The position numbers and the translations under genes are program-made. From contig JAUFOQ010000002.1 in NCBI GenBank assembly GCA_040285855.1, forward strand, positions 1,302,001 to 1,366,000: 64,000 nucleotides of DNA, read 5' to 3'. Under the pieces are notes generated by a model. It saw nothing but the letters and a program-made list of their open reading frames with translations, was not told where the DNA came from and searched no databases. This document shows positions 14,148 to 27,709 of the stretch, piece after piece. The first letter of the stretch is position 1; every line of letters begins with the position of its first letter. The stretch comes from Eukaryota sp. GEM-RC1 (lineage: Eukaryota).

Positions 14148-15144
14148 ATGATTACCAAGAAAAGACACAATGAACGAAAAGATTATATATTGGCCTCATC
14201 TTGAAAGCCACTGATGTCATTTGATTTTTGTGTGTAGTTTTGTTCATGTCTGATCTAGTAGTAAATGGATTCAAAAATATTGTTGTTGGAGTGGAAGTTC
14301 ATCTACTTGTCAAAATCAGCTCCAATCAGTGATCGTCAAACAGCCGTTTTTCTGTTGATATCAAGGAAATGCCTGAATGAAACATCCCTTCTTTGAAATT
14401 TGACATGAAGAAAATCCAGAACGTGTTTTAAAACATTTGAAAATTTTGATTTTGCGGTTCATCATCTAAACTGGTCTGATGAAGAGTATCCTGGTTCCGC
14501 TTAATTTTCTATCAATTTAAGAGGAAGTTCCCTTGTGGCATTCAACAATCAGATCCCATCAGTGATTAGAAGTTCATCAGTAGACCACAATGATGTTACT
14601 TGATGCTAATGTACGCAACACAGGGCTGCTACACGTGTATCACACGGATGACGTTTTGCCACACCGTGTCTTTGTGTTAGACGTTTTTGTTGTGTGCGTC
14701 TTTATCCATGCTTTTTAACTTAAAAAAGTCAAAAGTGTATCTCTAAGTTGCATAATACTTTGCACAATCTTTCAAAATATGTTCAAGATATACACTGGAA
14801 ACAATTGGTGTTGCTTCTATCTTCATTCTTATGACTTTTATTAAGGAACAATACTTTATTACAAAAAGTATCACACAATCTGTGTGATCACATGTGTGTC
14901 ACACGGTTAGTGAATTTACCCCACTGTGTGTTTGTGTACCCTACTTTTTGCCCATACGATCTAGTAAATGACATTCAGTAGAATTGTGGGGATGAATTGA
15001 TCTTCTCAACTAATAGGTGCACTGTATACTGTTACAATAGTGCTGTTAGAGACCAAAAAATCTTTTACACTAATTTATACAAAATGCGGCTTCGAATAAT
15101 AAACGAACCCAAGGAAAGGTTTGCACTAAAGTGCTTGTTTGCTA

Positions 15145-16419
15145 TTACACATAACACTTAACAAAATCAGAGAATGAAGAATATCTAATAGCACACAAAT
15201 GTCTAACCAATGCAGCATTTCCATAAGAAGAATTTGGAACTCCAACAGTGTTATACTTAATGTAAGTTTTCAACATCTTCTTGTCACTAGAAAGGTTCTT
15301 CCAAGCTTGGTAAATTCCATTAGCACTCAGATCAGAAACTTTAAACAATTCTCTAGCATCATGTTCTAACTCCCAATGATCAGAAAGTTCAGAATTAGCT
15401 TTTGTCAAATTCAGAAAATATTGCTCATAATTTAAAATTACCCCACTGGTTCTGTTATAGTGATACAATCTTACCCCAGGATTATTCCCAACAACAATAA
15501 GTTCTGAGTAATATACTAATGAAGGAGAGATGAACAGTGGGATTCCAGGCTTCTGTAGACGTTCACTGAAAACTAATCGTAGAGCTTGAGTATGTTCATG
15601 ACCTGAAAAGATTGCAGAAATCACATTACACTCAATTCCCTTTTCAAATACCTGCACTAGTTTGTCATTGAACTTTGGTATTAGATTGGGAACTGGGGTG
15701 GCAACTGACTCAGTGACACCTAGAGGACAATGCATGAACACTAATGCAACTCTATTGGTCTTCTTGAGATACTCGATTTGTTCTTCAATCCAAACAAACT
15801 GATCACCAGGATCATCCATGTGAACTGTTTCAGGATTTGTCACGAAATAGTAAGCAGTGTTAAGTACAAGAAAAGACAGCGTTGGAGAATGATCAACTCT
15901 GTAATAGCCACCTTTAAGGAAGTTATCTCGTTGATCAAAAGGAATATGGTCTTTCCACAGAGGATATAAGTCGTGGAAAACGTAATCAGAGGTTTTGCCA
16001 AAATGGTTTAGTTTCACAACGTCGTGGTTACCGATGGTCCAAACGAATGGAGTGGAAAACTGTTCAGTTATGTAGGATGTAAAGGTTGTGGACATTTCCT
16101 TTAAACGATCCCGATTCCAGTCTTTTTTTAAGCCTGGTTCTTGAGGAGGAAGATCTCCCAGATATGCTATGAAATCAGGATTTGGTTGAATGGACTTCAT
16201 GTGTTTTACGGCAGATTCCACCAGAGTAAAAGGTGCAGAACATCGAGGCTGACCAAAGAGACCAGCATTACCGACTCCTTCTAAGCATGATTTCTTTTCA
16301 TTCGAGCCGACGATGTAATTCCATTGCCAATGGATATCATTAATGGCCCAAAAAGTACCCACATCAGTAGCAAAAGCAGAAATAGTGAAAAACAAAAGAA
16401 GAAAGAAGACGACGGGCAT
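15145..16419 (-). CDS. SMPDL3-like metallophosphoesterase, copy 2 (tandem paralog)
   Basis: Same motifs as copy 1; near-identical over the C-terminal two thirds. Confidence 0.9.
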   Translation of the reverse strand: MPVVFFLLLFFTISAFATDVGTFWAINDIHWQWNYIVGSNEKKSCLEGVGNAGLFGQPRCSAPFTLVESAVKHMKSIQPNPDFIAYLGDLPPQEPGLKKDWNRDRLKEMSTTFTSYITEQFSTPFVWTIGNHDVVKLNHFGKTSDYVFHDLYPLWKDHIPFDQRDNFLKGGYYRVDHSPTLSFLVLNTAYYFVTNPETVHMDDPGDQFVWIEEQIEYLKKTNRVALVFMHCPLGVTESVATPVPNLIPKFNDKLVQVFEKGIECNVISAIFSGHEHTQALRLVFSERLQKPGIPLFISPSLVYYSELIVVGNNPGVRLYHYNRTSGVILNYEQYFLNLTKANSELSDHWELEHDARELFKVSDLSANGIYQAWKNLSSDKKMLKTYIKYNTVGVPNSSYGNAALVRHLCAIRYSSFSDFVKCYV

Positions 16420-17099
16420 ATACTACTAGTAGTAGAAGACGTGATGGGTTGCAAAAATGTTCCAATTAGCCATCGATTAGCGTCTCTTCATGACTGATTG
16501 TCCCCAAAATTTTGAAGATGAACATGGTCGAGCATTGGATGAGTGGGAGTGATCAGAAGCAGAGTATCTGTTGTAGGGTACCAGTAGCTAGCAGCAGAAA
16601 CCCTACCAGATTTGGTTAAGTCCGAGGTGCTGTTTCATGTTCAATGTTGTGTGCTACTCTATCTTTATAAAGCCTTCTCAACATCAATCAAAACATTACA
16701 TAGATTTATAATTAAGCTGATCACAGGACAACAACTTAACTGCATATGAAATTCAGGACTGTCCATCAGGCGACGTTGAAGAAACTTGTTTAACTGATTC
16801 CTTTAGCTATAGAATAATCAAAAATACAACACTTTGACTAAGCCGATGAGAATAAACTGAAAACATAACCAGATTGATACCTCTAGACAAGAAGAACTTC
16901 AGTATAGCATTGAGCTTCTGGTGGTAGAAGTGATGAGGAAAAGACAAAAGTTTGTGGTTGAGATTATTTAACGATTGAGGAACAGATTCTAGTTGAAGCT
17001 CATACATCTTAAAACGCCGCTTCTTCACAACAATACATCTCAGTTAGGAATGGGGTGGGAATGGGAATCCAAATCTGCAGATTGCAATCGAGATTTGAC

Positions 17100-18838
17100 A
17101 TGTTCAATGCTTTGAATTCCAAAAATCGGGGCTCTTTCCGCTCCTCTACAGATTCTGGTAGCTCAGCTCGACCCGTTTTGGATGATATCTTGGGTGATGA
17201 CGATGGATCTCCTTCACCACTTCCTAATGTGAAACCTAAATATACTTTGAGCCGTCAAAAGGACAACGGCCTGGTCTTGATATTCTAGGAACCAATTTTG
17301 ATTCTAAACCGTCTCAATCTCCTGTGAAAGACATTGATGATTGGCTTGGAGGAGATTTCTCCACAGACCAAGAGATTGTTTCTGCTTCTTCCTCAGCTTC
17401 TATTTCTTCAACACATTCGCTCACCACCAAGTCAAAAGACCCATCCCCTCCCTCCACTTTCACAGCTACGTCTGCAACTCTCAAACCACAAGACTATTCT
17501 AAGCCTAAGTCAAAGGAATTTGTTCCCACAAAAACTCTATCACATCAACCGTCTACTTCTCACCATCGTGTTCCTTCCCCTCCTACTACCTCCAACATCA
17601 CATCTACAACAACCTTGAATGTCCCCAAAGAAGTTACCAACCAATTGTATTTGTTAACAGATAAAATCTCTACTGCCATCAAGGACATCCATCGATTACA
17701 GGATACGTTCACTCTTCAAGTTGAAGACGTTAAATCTCAACAAATTGCGGATAAACAGAGGATTCTAGCTATTAAAGAAAATGACTTAGAAGCCAGAACG
17801 AGAGATCTTAGTAGTGAGAGAACTCTGGTAGTTAGAGAGAAACACTCATTATCAGTGCTTGTGGATAATTGTAACAAATTGACTGAGAGTTTAATAGAAG
17901 AGCTCAGTGATTGTCGGAAGCAATCGGAAGATCAATCACGTGTTCTTTATGATCGGTTTGAACAGTTTGAATCACGGTTCAAGGAGTCGCTTTCTTTGAT
18001 GCACTCAGAACGTCAGGAACTTTCCAAATCTAGAGAGGAGCTCATGAGGGTCATTCACTCAAATTCAGAAAGGGAAGTTGAATATAGGAATCTTATTGAT
18101 GATTATGCTCATAGTAAGGTAACTATGGCTCAGCAACAGGCTGAATTAAACGCTCTTAAGGAAACTCTATCAAAAGAACGTCATCAAATCAATCAAATGA
18201 AGAGTGAATTGGCTGAAGAGCGATCTGTTCTTGACACAGACGTTGCTAAAATGACTGAGATTTCACTGGAGGTAAAACGCAAATCTGAAGAAATTAAAGA
18301 AGAACAAGATAAACTTAATAGAGACTATGGTCATTGCGAGACTCTCGTAAATGATTTAAGAATTGCCAAGAGAGATGTTGAGGATCAAGAGGCATCGCTA
18401 GCGGATCAACGAGAAGAACTCAAGAGAGAAGAGAGAAAGATTGCTCAACTACGGATTGAATTGAAGGCAGAGTTGGAGGTCTTGGAAAAGGAAAGAGATA
18501 AAGTTAATAGAGCAATGAAAGATTATCGATTAATGGGCAGTCACGTGTCAGTTTCTGATCCGGAACCTGAAGTAAACTTTGAAATGAAAAGTCAATCACA
18601 AGGATTGAAACCACATGGGTCAAAATCAAGGTCATTGATGAGCTCTGTTCGATTACAAAAGCTGAAAGAGGAAGCTTTACGAGAAATGGAGAAAGACAAG
18701 CATGTTCTACAACAACAACGGGATTATCTGTCGTCCAGCTCAAACGGAAGGTTTAGAGGTCCAGAACCTAGAAGAAGTCAATCAGTTTCTGCTGATTTGA
18801 CTGCACTCCACGCGTTTTCGAGTGACTCATTTAGTTGA
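17100..18838 (+). CDS. Long coiled-coil protein with low-complexity N-terminus (possibly FBF1-like)
   Basis: Exon from ATG 17100 joins ORF 17324-18838 via an A-run indel at about 17257. Extended E/K/R/Q-rich heptads. The family assignment is weak. Confidence 0.6.
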
Positions 18839-19001
18839 TTAAGATTGGATCATTTTCGACTTTATAATTTTTGTGTATTATATTATTTAAATAGAGTTGG
18901 TTTCTTAGGTGACATGGAAAATTATTGAATTGATTTATTCAATACATTAAAGTCAATTCAAAATTGGAGTTTTTCCAAAATACAAAAAAATATAAAAATG
19001 A

Positions 19002-20818
19002 TTAACAATTCTTAAGGGCAGTATTTGCCAAATCCCTAACATCATAATCAACATCATCATTAGATAATCGTTTTAAAAGAGGATAGACAAACGAATCAAT
19101 AGAAGATGAAGAAATCTTACTAGCAAATACTTCTAAAGTTTTTACGGCATTAAATCTTACATTAGGCACTCTATCGTCGGCTAAATCAATTGCCAACGGT
19201 AACAACTTCTTAGCAACAACATCCTGAGATAGAACCAAGGCCATCTCTGAAAGACACTTCAACATGGAGATCCTCAGTAAGTAGGATTTGCTCTCCTTCA
19301 AAGCAACAACTGGTGGATAAACAACACCCATTGCCCAAGAGTCACCAAAAGTTTTACATAAAATAGCCAACTGGACAGCAGAAGCTTCTCTAACTGCATG
19401 GACTATATCAGAAAGTCCTCCAAAACAGATAGTTAGAAGGTTGTTCTTAAAAAACTCTGGTTCGAACTGATGTGCAAGCAAGTTCAACTGTTCAATCAGC
19501 TTCAATCTAATTCTCCAAGAATTATCTCCAGAAAGAGCAGCAACGGCTGGAATCAAAGCTTCGTTTAAAGCACCTGAAAACTTAGAATACACGGCGTCTA
19601 AATGAGAAATAACTGCTAATCGAACATCAGCTGATGAATCTCGTAGTAAAATCTTATGTAGAGGCAACAACTCCTTCTTAACAACATCAGATGGCAAAAC
19701 CTCACATAGCTCAAGTAAAGCTGGTGCAAAGGTAGCTCTGACAACTGCTGAGTCATCATTGGCTAAGTGACGGAACTGAGGGACCAATTCAGAGACACAA
19801 ACCTCAGGTGGAACTGCTTTACCAATGGCAATGATGCGGTTAGCCGCTGCAGCTCGAACTTCCTGTTCCACGTCGGTTAACAGAGTTCTGAACTCCCGCA
19901 CCAACAAAGGAAGCTTAGCAGCCTTGGTTTGAGCAAAGGAACGAACGATCCCTTCAAAGCAATCACCACACACGTATCTAACTCTCCAAGATCTATCAGA
20001 ACAGAAGGCCTTGGCTAGGACCACAAGGGAGTCGAAATCAGCGACAGTTGAGCGGTCGTTGAGTTTAGCAAAGACCGAGGCAAGAGCTCCAACAACTTCC
20101 ACTCCCAAGAGTCTTACGGAATCCTGTTCATCTTCAGATAACTGCTTTAAAGATCCCAGGAACGTTCGGTAAATCTCTAATAGCTGGGGGGATGCTGAGA
20201 GAGACTCAGAAACAGAGGTTATGAGGGTGGGCATGGACTTGATGGCAGATCTGCGGACCATTGGATTACCGTCTTTGGTCAGTTTCTGGAAGTAGACAAG
20301 GACGGAGTTGTGTACGGAGGAATCGCAGTGAGAGAAGATGACAGGGAGGAGGTTACAGATGGAGGCCTTGGTAGTGAAGAAGCCTGCGTAGAGTTGATCG
20401 ATGAGGGGGATGACGTGTTCTGAAATGTGTTCTGAGGGCATTGCGGAGACGATTTTAGAGAAGGAGGTGGATGCAGCGTTTCTGACTGTGACTTCTTCTT
20501 GGGAAAGCAATTGTGAAAGAACAGGAAGGATAGAAAATGCATATGTGGGACCTCCAACGTAATCGACTAAGCATCCTAGTTGTGTTGCAAGAGAAAGAAG
20601 AACTGTGTCACTATCATCATCTGTACATTCAAGAAGATAAGTAAGAAGGTCCTCTCGAGTTCGAGAGTATCCAAGGGCTATCGCTATTGTAGATAGTTTA
20701 TTCATTGCATGATTGCGGATGAATTCGTCTTCATTACGAAGATCCTCAATAATGGCCTGAACAGAAGGAGCGTGAGCACTGGAGTCAGCTACGTAAGAAG
20801 CCCATACCTGTCAGTCAT
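19002..20818 (-). CDS. PPP2R1A: Protein phosphatase 2A scaffold (A/PR65) subunit
   Basis: HEAT repeats DEQDSVRLL, DRSWRVRY, DNSWRIR and DRVPNVRFN. ATG at 20818 with a 29-nt intron at 20779-20807. Confidence 0.95.
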
Positions 20819-21106
20819 TTGTGGGTGTGTTTTTGCTTAAATGAATTCTTCTCACTCATTTTGGAAGCACTTGATTCATCATTTAATACTAATAATTTTA
20901 CAGGAGTTTCAACTGATATAAGTTTTATGTATGATATTGGTGATATTGTGAGAATCGGGGGTGTTGCATATTCGTATAATTCCTCGAGTTAATAGTGTGT
21001 GTTAATATAGACGAATAATGATCTATATGCTACTACAGTATTGACAACATGATTAAATTCAATTTATATTATTAATTTAGGCCCATATTCTACAAATTTC
21101 TACGAA

Positions 21107-21690
21107 TCAGTCATAAAGAGAAAACGTTGAAGTCTCATTAAGACCATTTGCTAAGGAAATCTTCAATAAAGCATCATCAATCTCCCGAATTCCAGTCTCA
21201 CTGCATCCAATTGCAATGAACTGAGAGAAGAGAGAAAGATTAAACGAATCGGAACTCATCAACAAAGCCTTAACCTTTTCATCTTCTACAGCTTGAAAAA
21301 CAACGATTTCGTTTGCTTGTATATGACCGTCAATTTATCCAAAGATTGTGAATCAGGATGATGACGAGCAACAAACCCTGTATGCCTACAGAAGGGACAG
21401 TGGGACAGGGGATCGTAGAAGTATCGAGCAAGCTGGGCAAAACAAAGTGTACAAATGTTGTTGTGACAACAATGAGTCAAATTAAGGGATGGAAGAACCT
21501 CCAAACAAATGGAACACTCAATTCTAGACAGAAACGACACAATATGATAGGGAACTACGGCTTCTGAAGGTATAATAGGGGCTAGAACAGAACGTTTGAT
21601 TGATCTATGGAGAAACCAACGATCTATTTTGAATCGATGATCCAGGTTGGAATAATAGAATCCTTTTATAGATGAAGGACCAAGTCCCAT
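21107..21690 (-). CDS. RING-finger protein, Sip5/DA2-like
   Basis: MG start, IKRSVLAPI, and ECSICL...LNLTHCCHNNICTLCF...CPFCR. The C-terminus continues after an indel near 21310 to TGA at 21107. Confidence 0.7.
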
Positions 21691-21922
21691 TACAGAAGAG
21701 TCCGATTGAAAGGATTAGTAGAGGTGGGATTTTACGAACATCAAAGAGATATCATATTCTTTCAAAGTAGGATTGTCTTAAACCATCGAATGATGGATTA
21801 CAAAATAGCAAAAGAAACGCTGGAGTTACTCAAACAGGACGAGATTGACCAAAAAAATGATTTTAAATTAAGAACCAAGTCAGAATCGCGAGGACCGTTT
21901 TCGAAAATTTTCCACCTGGACG

Positions 21923-21968
21923 CCACCCGGGTGGTTTTCATTTCCACCCGGGTGGTTTTCAAACACTG
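21923..21968 (-). mobile_element. Solo hAT-like transposon end
   Basis: Reverse complement reads CAGTGTTTGAAAA followed by two CCACCCGGGTGG palindromes. No partner end was found. Confidence 0.4.
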
Positions 21969-21999
21969 GATAGCATCAAGAAGATCTGAACGTCATTCC

Positions 22000-22782
22000 T
22001 TACCATGTCCTTTAACAAGTACAAGGGTCTGTTCCCTGTGAACTTAAGACTTTATGCTGGCATCAATGTGCATGTTGGACTATTATGTCTGCTGATTGTA
22101 ATACCCTTGAGATTCTTACTTTTTTGAGATCTAATGTCCATTCTTCTCACAATCTTGCGTTTCTACCTTTATTTGTCTTCCATAGGTTGCCTGTTTTTCA
22201 TTGGATTCAGACCCGCCATTTAGCACGAGTACTTCATCTTCCATCTGGATTTCAAAGAGGATGTTGCATCAGGTTCGCCACTTTGTACAAGACTACTTAT
22301 CCATCTTCTATTTTTAGGATTTTTTGCTCAAAGAAGGAGTATTTCCCTACCGTTCCAGAAACTCTTTCAATGTCTCTCGATAGATTCCCGACACAATCAG
22401 TTGATGATTTCATACTGCGTATCTATTGTTCCGTTCCATACAACTTTCTTTCGTCTGAATTGTTATTGCGTTGGTTTCTTAAGAACTTTGATTCAGCAGA
22501 CCCCCAACTCCTTCTCCTGCCGAAAAGGAATCCATTGATTTAATCTTGAGGACTGTTAAGAAAAGAAAAATACTCGCTCACTATGAACGGGTGAATCAAT
22601 TCATCACCGCGTTTGAAATGCTTGTTGAGCAATCACATGTATCGATCAGTATTGATCGTGATTCTTTTAAGAGTGATTTGAACACGTTTTTACAGCAACG
22701 TGATTATGATTCGATGGTAAATTCATCTGCGTTTATTTTTATGAAGAATACTTTCCAGCTAATTGACGAGTCTTCGCAGTGA
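22000..22782 (+). pseudogene. Repeated ORF, probably the N-terminal (zinc-finger) part of the CRE-like retrotransposon
   Basis: 22062-22600 is near-identical to the reverse complement of 37369-37908. Both copies precede same-strand CRE-like sequence. Degenerate Cys/His pattern. Confidence 0.5.
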
Positions 22783-23124
22783 ATTCAATGTTTCGGAATT
22801 TCAACAAACTATTACTGTAAAATGTAATCGGCGGATTTTTCGAACCTGTTCGAAGCATGTGAACAAGGACTGTCAAAAATATATTGCAAAATTGTAATAA
22901 TTGCAATATTGGATATTTGAGTATTGCAATGTGCAATAATTTCGCTTTTGAACAATACTTTATGTTCATTAAAAAACTACATGTAATGTTTTTCCAATTT
23001 TGTAAAAATTGAACAGTTCATGTACATAGAAACGTCATGCCGAAATCAATTTTTACTTTGAAATTTGCTTTGAAGAAACTCCAAAATCATTTATTATTAT
23101 ATTTTGAAAGTTTTTTTACAGTTC

Positions 23125-24000
23125 GTCTTAGCTTAGCTAAGGAAGAAAATATGCTTTCGCAAATTTTTCAATTCATTTAAAGGAGAGTTCTGTTGTAGCT
23201 TTAATTAATGAAATTCCACAAGTACGTGTATATGGTCTAATTTTAATGATCATCAATAAACCACAAAGAAATGAGCTTTTTCTTGGGATATATACTTTGC
23301 CAAAATGATCTTCAATGTAGCTGTGGTAAACAATTAACGTTTTCTCATTTGTCAAAATGTAATCGCTACATAACTTATCGAACGTGTATGCATGATGCTG
23401 TAAGAGATCAAATACATGCTATGTGTAAGTCTTACAAAATTGAGTCTATGTTGAACCAACTAATAATTGTAATGTCGAAAACCAGAACCAATTTTTTGAT
23501 AAACGGAGAGCAGATGTTGTTGTCCTTTCGTTTGCAGACAGATTGTTTGTTGTTGATGTAGTGCCAGTGGATGTTTGTATAAAGAGATCTTGAAAGAATG
23601 CTTACTCTAAAACTTCTCATTTAGACATTTCTGAACAAGTAAAACAGGATAAGTACAAAAAATCATTGATAGCTCTAAAACATGTAAAACATGTTGAATA
23701 CGAGTTCTGCCCTTTTGCTGTTTCAATTTACGCACGTTTAGGAAGTGCATTGAAACTTTTAAACGATTTCGGAAAAATTGTAAAAAATAGGATGAACAAA
23801 CGTTTTGATTATATGTTATGGATGAATCGTATCGTTTTTACTGTTTTTAAAACAGTTCCCCTAATCATCTCCAAAGCTTTATTAGCAGCGAGTTTCTTTT
23901 ATGAGGACAAAGCCGTTGTAATATTTGATAGCGACGGGTGTTGTTTTAATGGTATCAAATTTTAGTTGTTTGATCTACTAGTATTACATTTATAATAAAA
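23125..24000 (+). mobile_element. CRE-like non-LTR retrotransposon 3' portion (family A), decayed
   Basis: CSCGKQLTFSHLSKC zinc knuckle, HDAVRDQIHAMCKS, KRRADV (RLE) and FCPFAVSIYARLG. The 3' UTR matches 59430-59751 plus 60191-60225. Confidence 0.8.
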
Positions 24001-24392
24001 CTGTACTGTTATATTATTGCTAGTCAAACTTAAATCATTCAGCAATCTTTTTAAAAAACGATTGTAAACTGTACGATTTACACATTAGAAAAAATTGATC
24101 TTGAACTATACAATATACCTACTGTTCTATCAACCACTAAATTAATGAGTGGGTGAGATCTTCTCGAAAATTGTTTATTTACATTTACAAATTATATTAT
24201 TGGGAATATTACTGTGCCTTATGAAGCATCTCATAGTATAACGGTGGCCCATTCTTCATCATTAAGTACAAGTGTCGACTCAACTCTCAGCGATTCGAGA
24301 AAACAGTGTACTTCAGTGTTTACTATAGAATAAATGTGATAGTAATTGGAAAAAACAAATACAAATTGTATACAAATAATTATTAAACAAAA

Positions 24393-25767
24393 TTAACGAG
24401 GTCGAAGTCTAATTACTTCAGAATCCCAAACTTCTAAAAACAGCTGACGAATGCCAAACAACTTACTAGCAAAGTCCTCATGCTTAACCTCCTTTGTACT
24501 ATGTAACAACAGTAAAAGCAAATCATTAACTAACGGATCCCTATCATCAATAGTATTCGTCAATTCTTCCAAAGTCAAGCCCTGGTCATCCATTTTCTGC
24601 ATCACAATGGAGGACAAACGGTACTTCTTCTGAGAATTACAAAAGAAAGCCAGTAGATCAAAAGTAAACCGCATAATGTCCTCACCCTTAGAGAACCTTT
24701 CAAACAATAAATGACCAAACAAAAAGAAATCATAGGCAGAAACAAGATATACCATCTCAGACACAGTTAAACTCTGATGAACTAACCCATCAGCGTACAA
24801 CAACATTCGAACAAGACCTGAAAACAAAGGAGTTCTGTCATATCCAGAGATACAATGGACTAAGACTCCTTCGGCTGAGTAGTTTGGCTCGGTGAAGGTC
24901 TTTATAATGGAAGTAGCAGTTACATCGAGGATCATTTCAAGGTAAATAGAAGTTAGAGTGATGAGATCGAAGCGTTCAAATCCCGCCAATCTCTTTCCAA
25001 ACTCGGGGAGAACATGCTCTACCTTTGGTTCTACTTCTGGAGGGTGCTTAGCATCACTAAAACTAACACTCGATGGATCATACTTGGACTCCCAATACTT
25101 TGAGAAGGTCTCACAGCCTGAAGTAAGAGGGATAAAGAAAAGAAGACACACCAGGATAAGGACACGTGAGAATATCGAGGTCATGATACTCTTGTTCAAC
25201 TTTCTCTGATGAGGATACCGTAAGTCCGTACTTGACCTTAGCTTCCTCAACCATGAGATCAAAGACGTACTTTACACGGTAGATATTGGACAGTAGATAG
25301 GCATCTTGTATTCTTGCATCCTCTGCAGAAAGGTCACTGTTAGAAGTGAAGAAATTACGTCCAATTGTTTCCGCTGGGATAGACACAGTAGCAGAGCGAG
25401 TGAAGGTAAGTGGACCCAGAGAGAGGAAGGGAACAGGGAATCTCTTTCTAGCTCTGGCGGATGATGACTGTTGTAGAGTGGACTGTAGCTGTTCCATATC
25501 GTAGAGTGATGATCCCACTGATGAACTGGACTTTGAAAGTGCTAGTAATGATCTAACAGGGAGGATCAGTTCTTTAGGATAGGTCTTGCAGAGGCTTTTG
25601 TTTTCAATAAGTTCACAGATATAGTCTTTTAGAAACAGTTCGCGGCATTGCTCTGCAGAAGAGCAAATAATAGGAGTATTGGAGCGACTTAGACCAGCAA
25701 GAGAATTCCTACTATAGAAGATAAGTAGGTCTACAAGTCGTATTTCAATAATGTTAGTTGTGAGCAT
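24393..25767 (-). CDS. MTMR14: Myotubularin-related protein 14
   Basis: ARARKRFPVP, DLMVEEAKVKYGLTVSSSEKV, PYPGCE across a 34-nt intron (25118-25151), and CX5R motif HCISGYDRT. Confidence 0.9.
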
Positions 25768-26059
25768 GAACTAGGAGAACTTGAAAAATCCTATTCAAAA
25801 ATCAGCAACATAGAGAAGGTAGTTTTCTCTCACAAAACTAACACTACTCTTAAATGACGGTTTGTATATATAAGTTAGTAGTAATAAGTTTGCACACAAA
25901 TCAGCAGTTCAGCTATTATATGATACTTCAGTGTAATTCGAGATATGTGGAGGTAATAGATAAACTATAACTTAAACATACTGTGAGAGAGAAGAGAATT
26001 TATACGGCACCCAATAAGGTAACCTTCCTACAAACTATGAAATTGTAGAAACACACAAA

Positions 26060-26360
26060 TAATACTAAGATTAAATCCAAACGACTTCATCACCACCCGG
26101 TAAAAGATTACGTTTATCAACATTAACCTTCACACCAAACTTGTACAATTTCTCAATAATCTAGAGAAATAGAAAGGCATATTCCGATATATGGAAAACA
26201 CAATACGATTTTTCCATTCAGCCATTCTAAACTTACGCTTCTTTTCTTTACACAATTCTTCGAAATCCTTGAAAAATCGATCACCAGCAGGACTAATAGA
26301 TCCAAAAAGAGAAACAGTAAAAGGTTGAAAAACAAAAACAGACGGTTACTTGCGACTACA
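26060..26360 (-). mobile_element. CRE-like retrotransposon 3' fragment
   Basis: FQPFTVSLFGSISPAGDRFFKDF...WKNRIVFSIYR parallels the fragment at 10470-10700. Confidence 0.6.
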
Positions 26361-26570
26361 TGATCTAATCGCTGAAACTGGCCTTGGACACTATCACATA
26401 CAAGTGTAACGGTATTTTTAGATGTGAACAAATATGCGTATGGTGTTGCTCCACTGAAAAACAACTTTTGACGTAAAACAGTATGTGGACTGGGACGATC
26501 ATGATTATGAAGACGAATCCGAAAGAAAATTCTGACTCCCCTTCACCATCAGCAGACCTCTCTGACTGGC

Positions 26571-27111
26571 ATGTCTAGTTCAAAGTCTGATATTACACTT
26601 GAGACACTGCGTTCGTTGTTCCATCTGCCCATAGGAGATGCGGCTAGCTATCTTAAAATCGGAAGTGTGTTATTCGTGTCCATTCACAATAGGAACCACC
26701 TTAAAACAAAGATGTCGTGAATTAGGTATATCAAAGTGGCCTTACTGCCGCCGCTATACTCGTGGGGGGAACTCCAAGTTCCCTCAGGATACTCAATCAT
26801 CCAAATTATCCCTCTCCCAGTTCCTGCCCCCTGCTGGTCCACCCTCTTATGATTATGAATCCTATGTCTCCCTACCTGTTCCATCCTGGGCTCTTAATCC
26901 AGCAACTCCCACATGTAATTTGGTCTTCAATGATCGTCCTGTCGAAGTTGGTACAAATAACCATATCATTGCTTATATTCGTGAGTTGGACTATGCTTCA
27001 TTAGTTGCTGTATGTTTACTTTCATCTCATAACTTATTACAGCATAGCAATGGTTGTCCTCATCCTTCTCCACAGTCATACTGTGATAGTTCTTATCCTC
27101 ATCTGTGTTAG
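26571..27111 (+). CDS. RWP-RK domain transcription factor
   Basis: ITLETLRSLFHLPIGDAASYLKIGRTTLKQRCRELGISKWPYCRR, obtained after removing a 28-nt GT-AG intron at 26665-26692. Confidence 0.85.
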
Positions 27112-27367
27112 AAAATTTACCGATTCTAATATGTACAGATTTATTATTTTATTGTCTTTTAGGTTAGAAGAACATGTGATGCGGGCTCATCCCTGTAGAT
27201 TCTTCTGCCAATAAAGTCTCTTTTGTATATGTCTATAATTAGCCAAAAACACGGGAAAAGTGCAATAATACCCATTCCTAAGCTTTGAGGCACAAATCTA
27301 CTTGAGGCATGGGTATAGATGTCCTTGGCCCAAAAATACATTGTGTAATTGGTTCAAAACTGGTTTC

Positions 27368-27709
27368 ATGTCAGAACAGAAATCCCAAATTACACTGATT
27401 ACTGAACTAGCGTCGCAGTGGTCAACTGACACTGGCCTCTCATACGAAGTGATTAGTACTGATGTTGATAAACAGTTCCTTCGTGCAACAGTAGCCTTTT
27501 CAACCAAGACTTCTTCTCATCCCGTCCCTTCCTATCTCTGTAACATACATTTCACACTCTATCCTGATCGAGTTTCTGGTCTGGACATTCTTTTTAAAGT
27601 AGAGAACAATGAGACCATTTATGATGCTTCACAGCCTTTCTCACCACAATTGATACATGAAGTATTAAACCGGAAGCAGCGTCTAGCGTCTCGTTTGAAT
27701 CTTGCATGA
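27368..27709 (+). CDS. AKAP14/AKAP28-domain-like protein
   Basis: VAFSTKTSSHPVPSYLCNIHFTL...FKVENNETIY...FSPQLIHEVLNRK resembles the AKAP28 family pattern; recognised from memory only. Confidence 0.45.
   Translation: MSEQKSQITLITELASQWSTDTGLSYEVISTDVDKQFLRATVAFSTKTSSHPVPSYLCNIHFTLYPDRVSGLDILFKVENNETIYDASQPFSPQLIHEVLNRKQRLASRLNLA

Noticed and set aside
14620..14945. Possible MITE with TCACAC/GTGTG-rich ends between the SMPDL3 paralogs
   Set aside because: The termini match only weakly (CAGGG versus TAGGG) and no TSD was found.
17275..17290. 15-nt GT-AG micro-intron (GTCTTGATATTCTAG)
   Set aside because: Its removal does not restore the downstream frame, whereas an A-run indel at about 17257 does.
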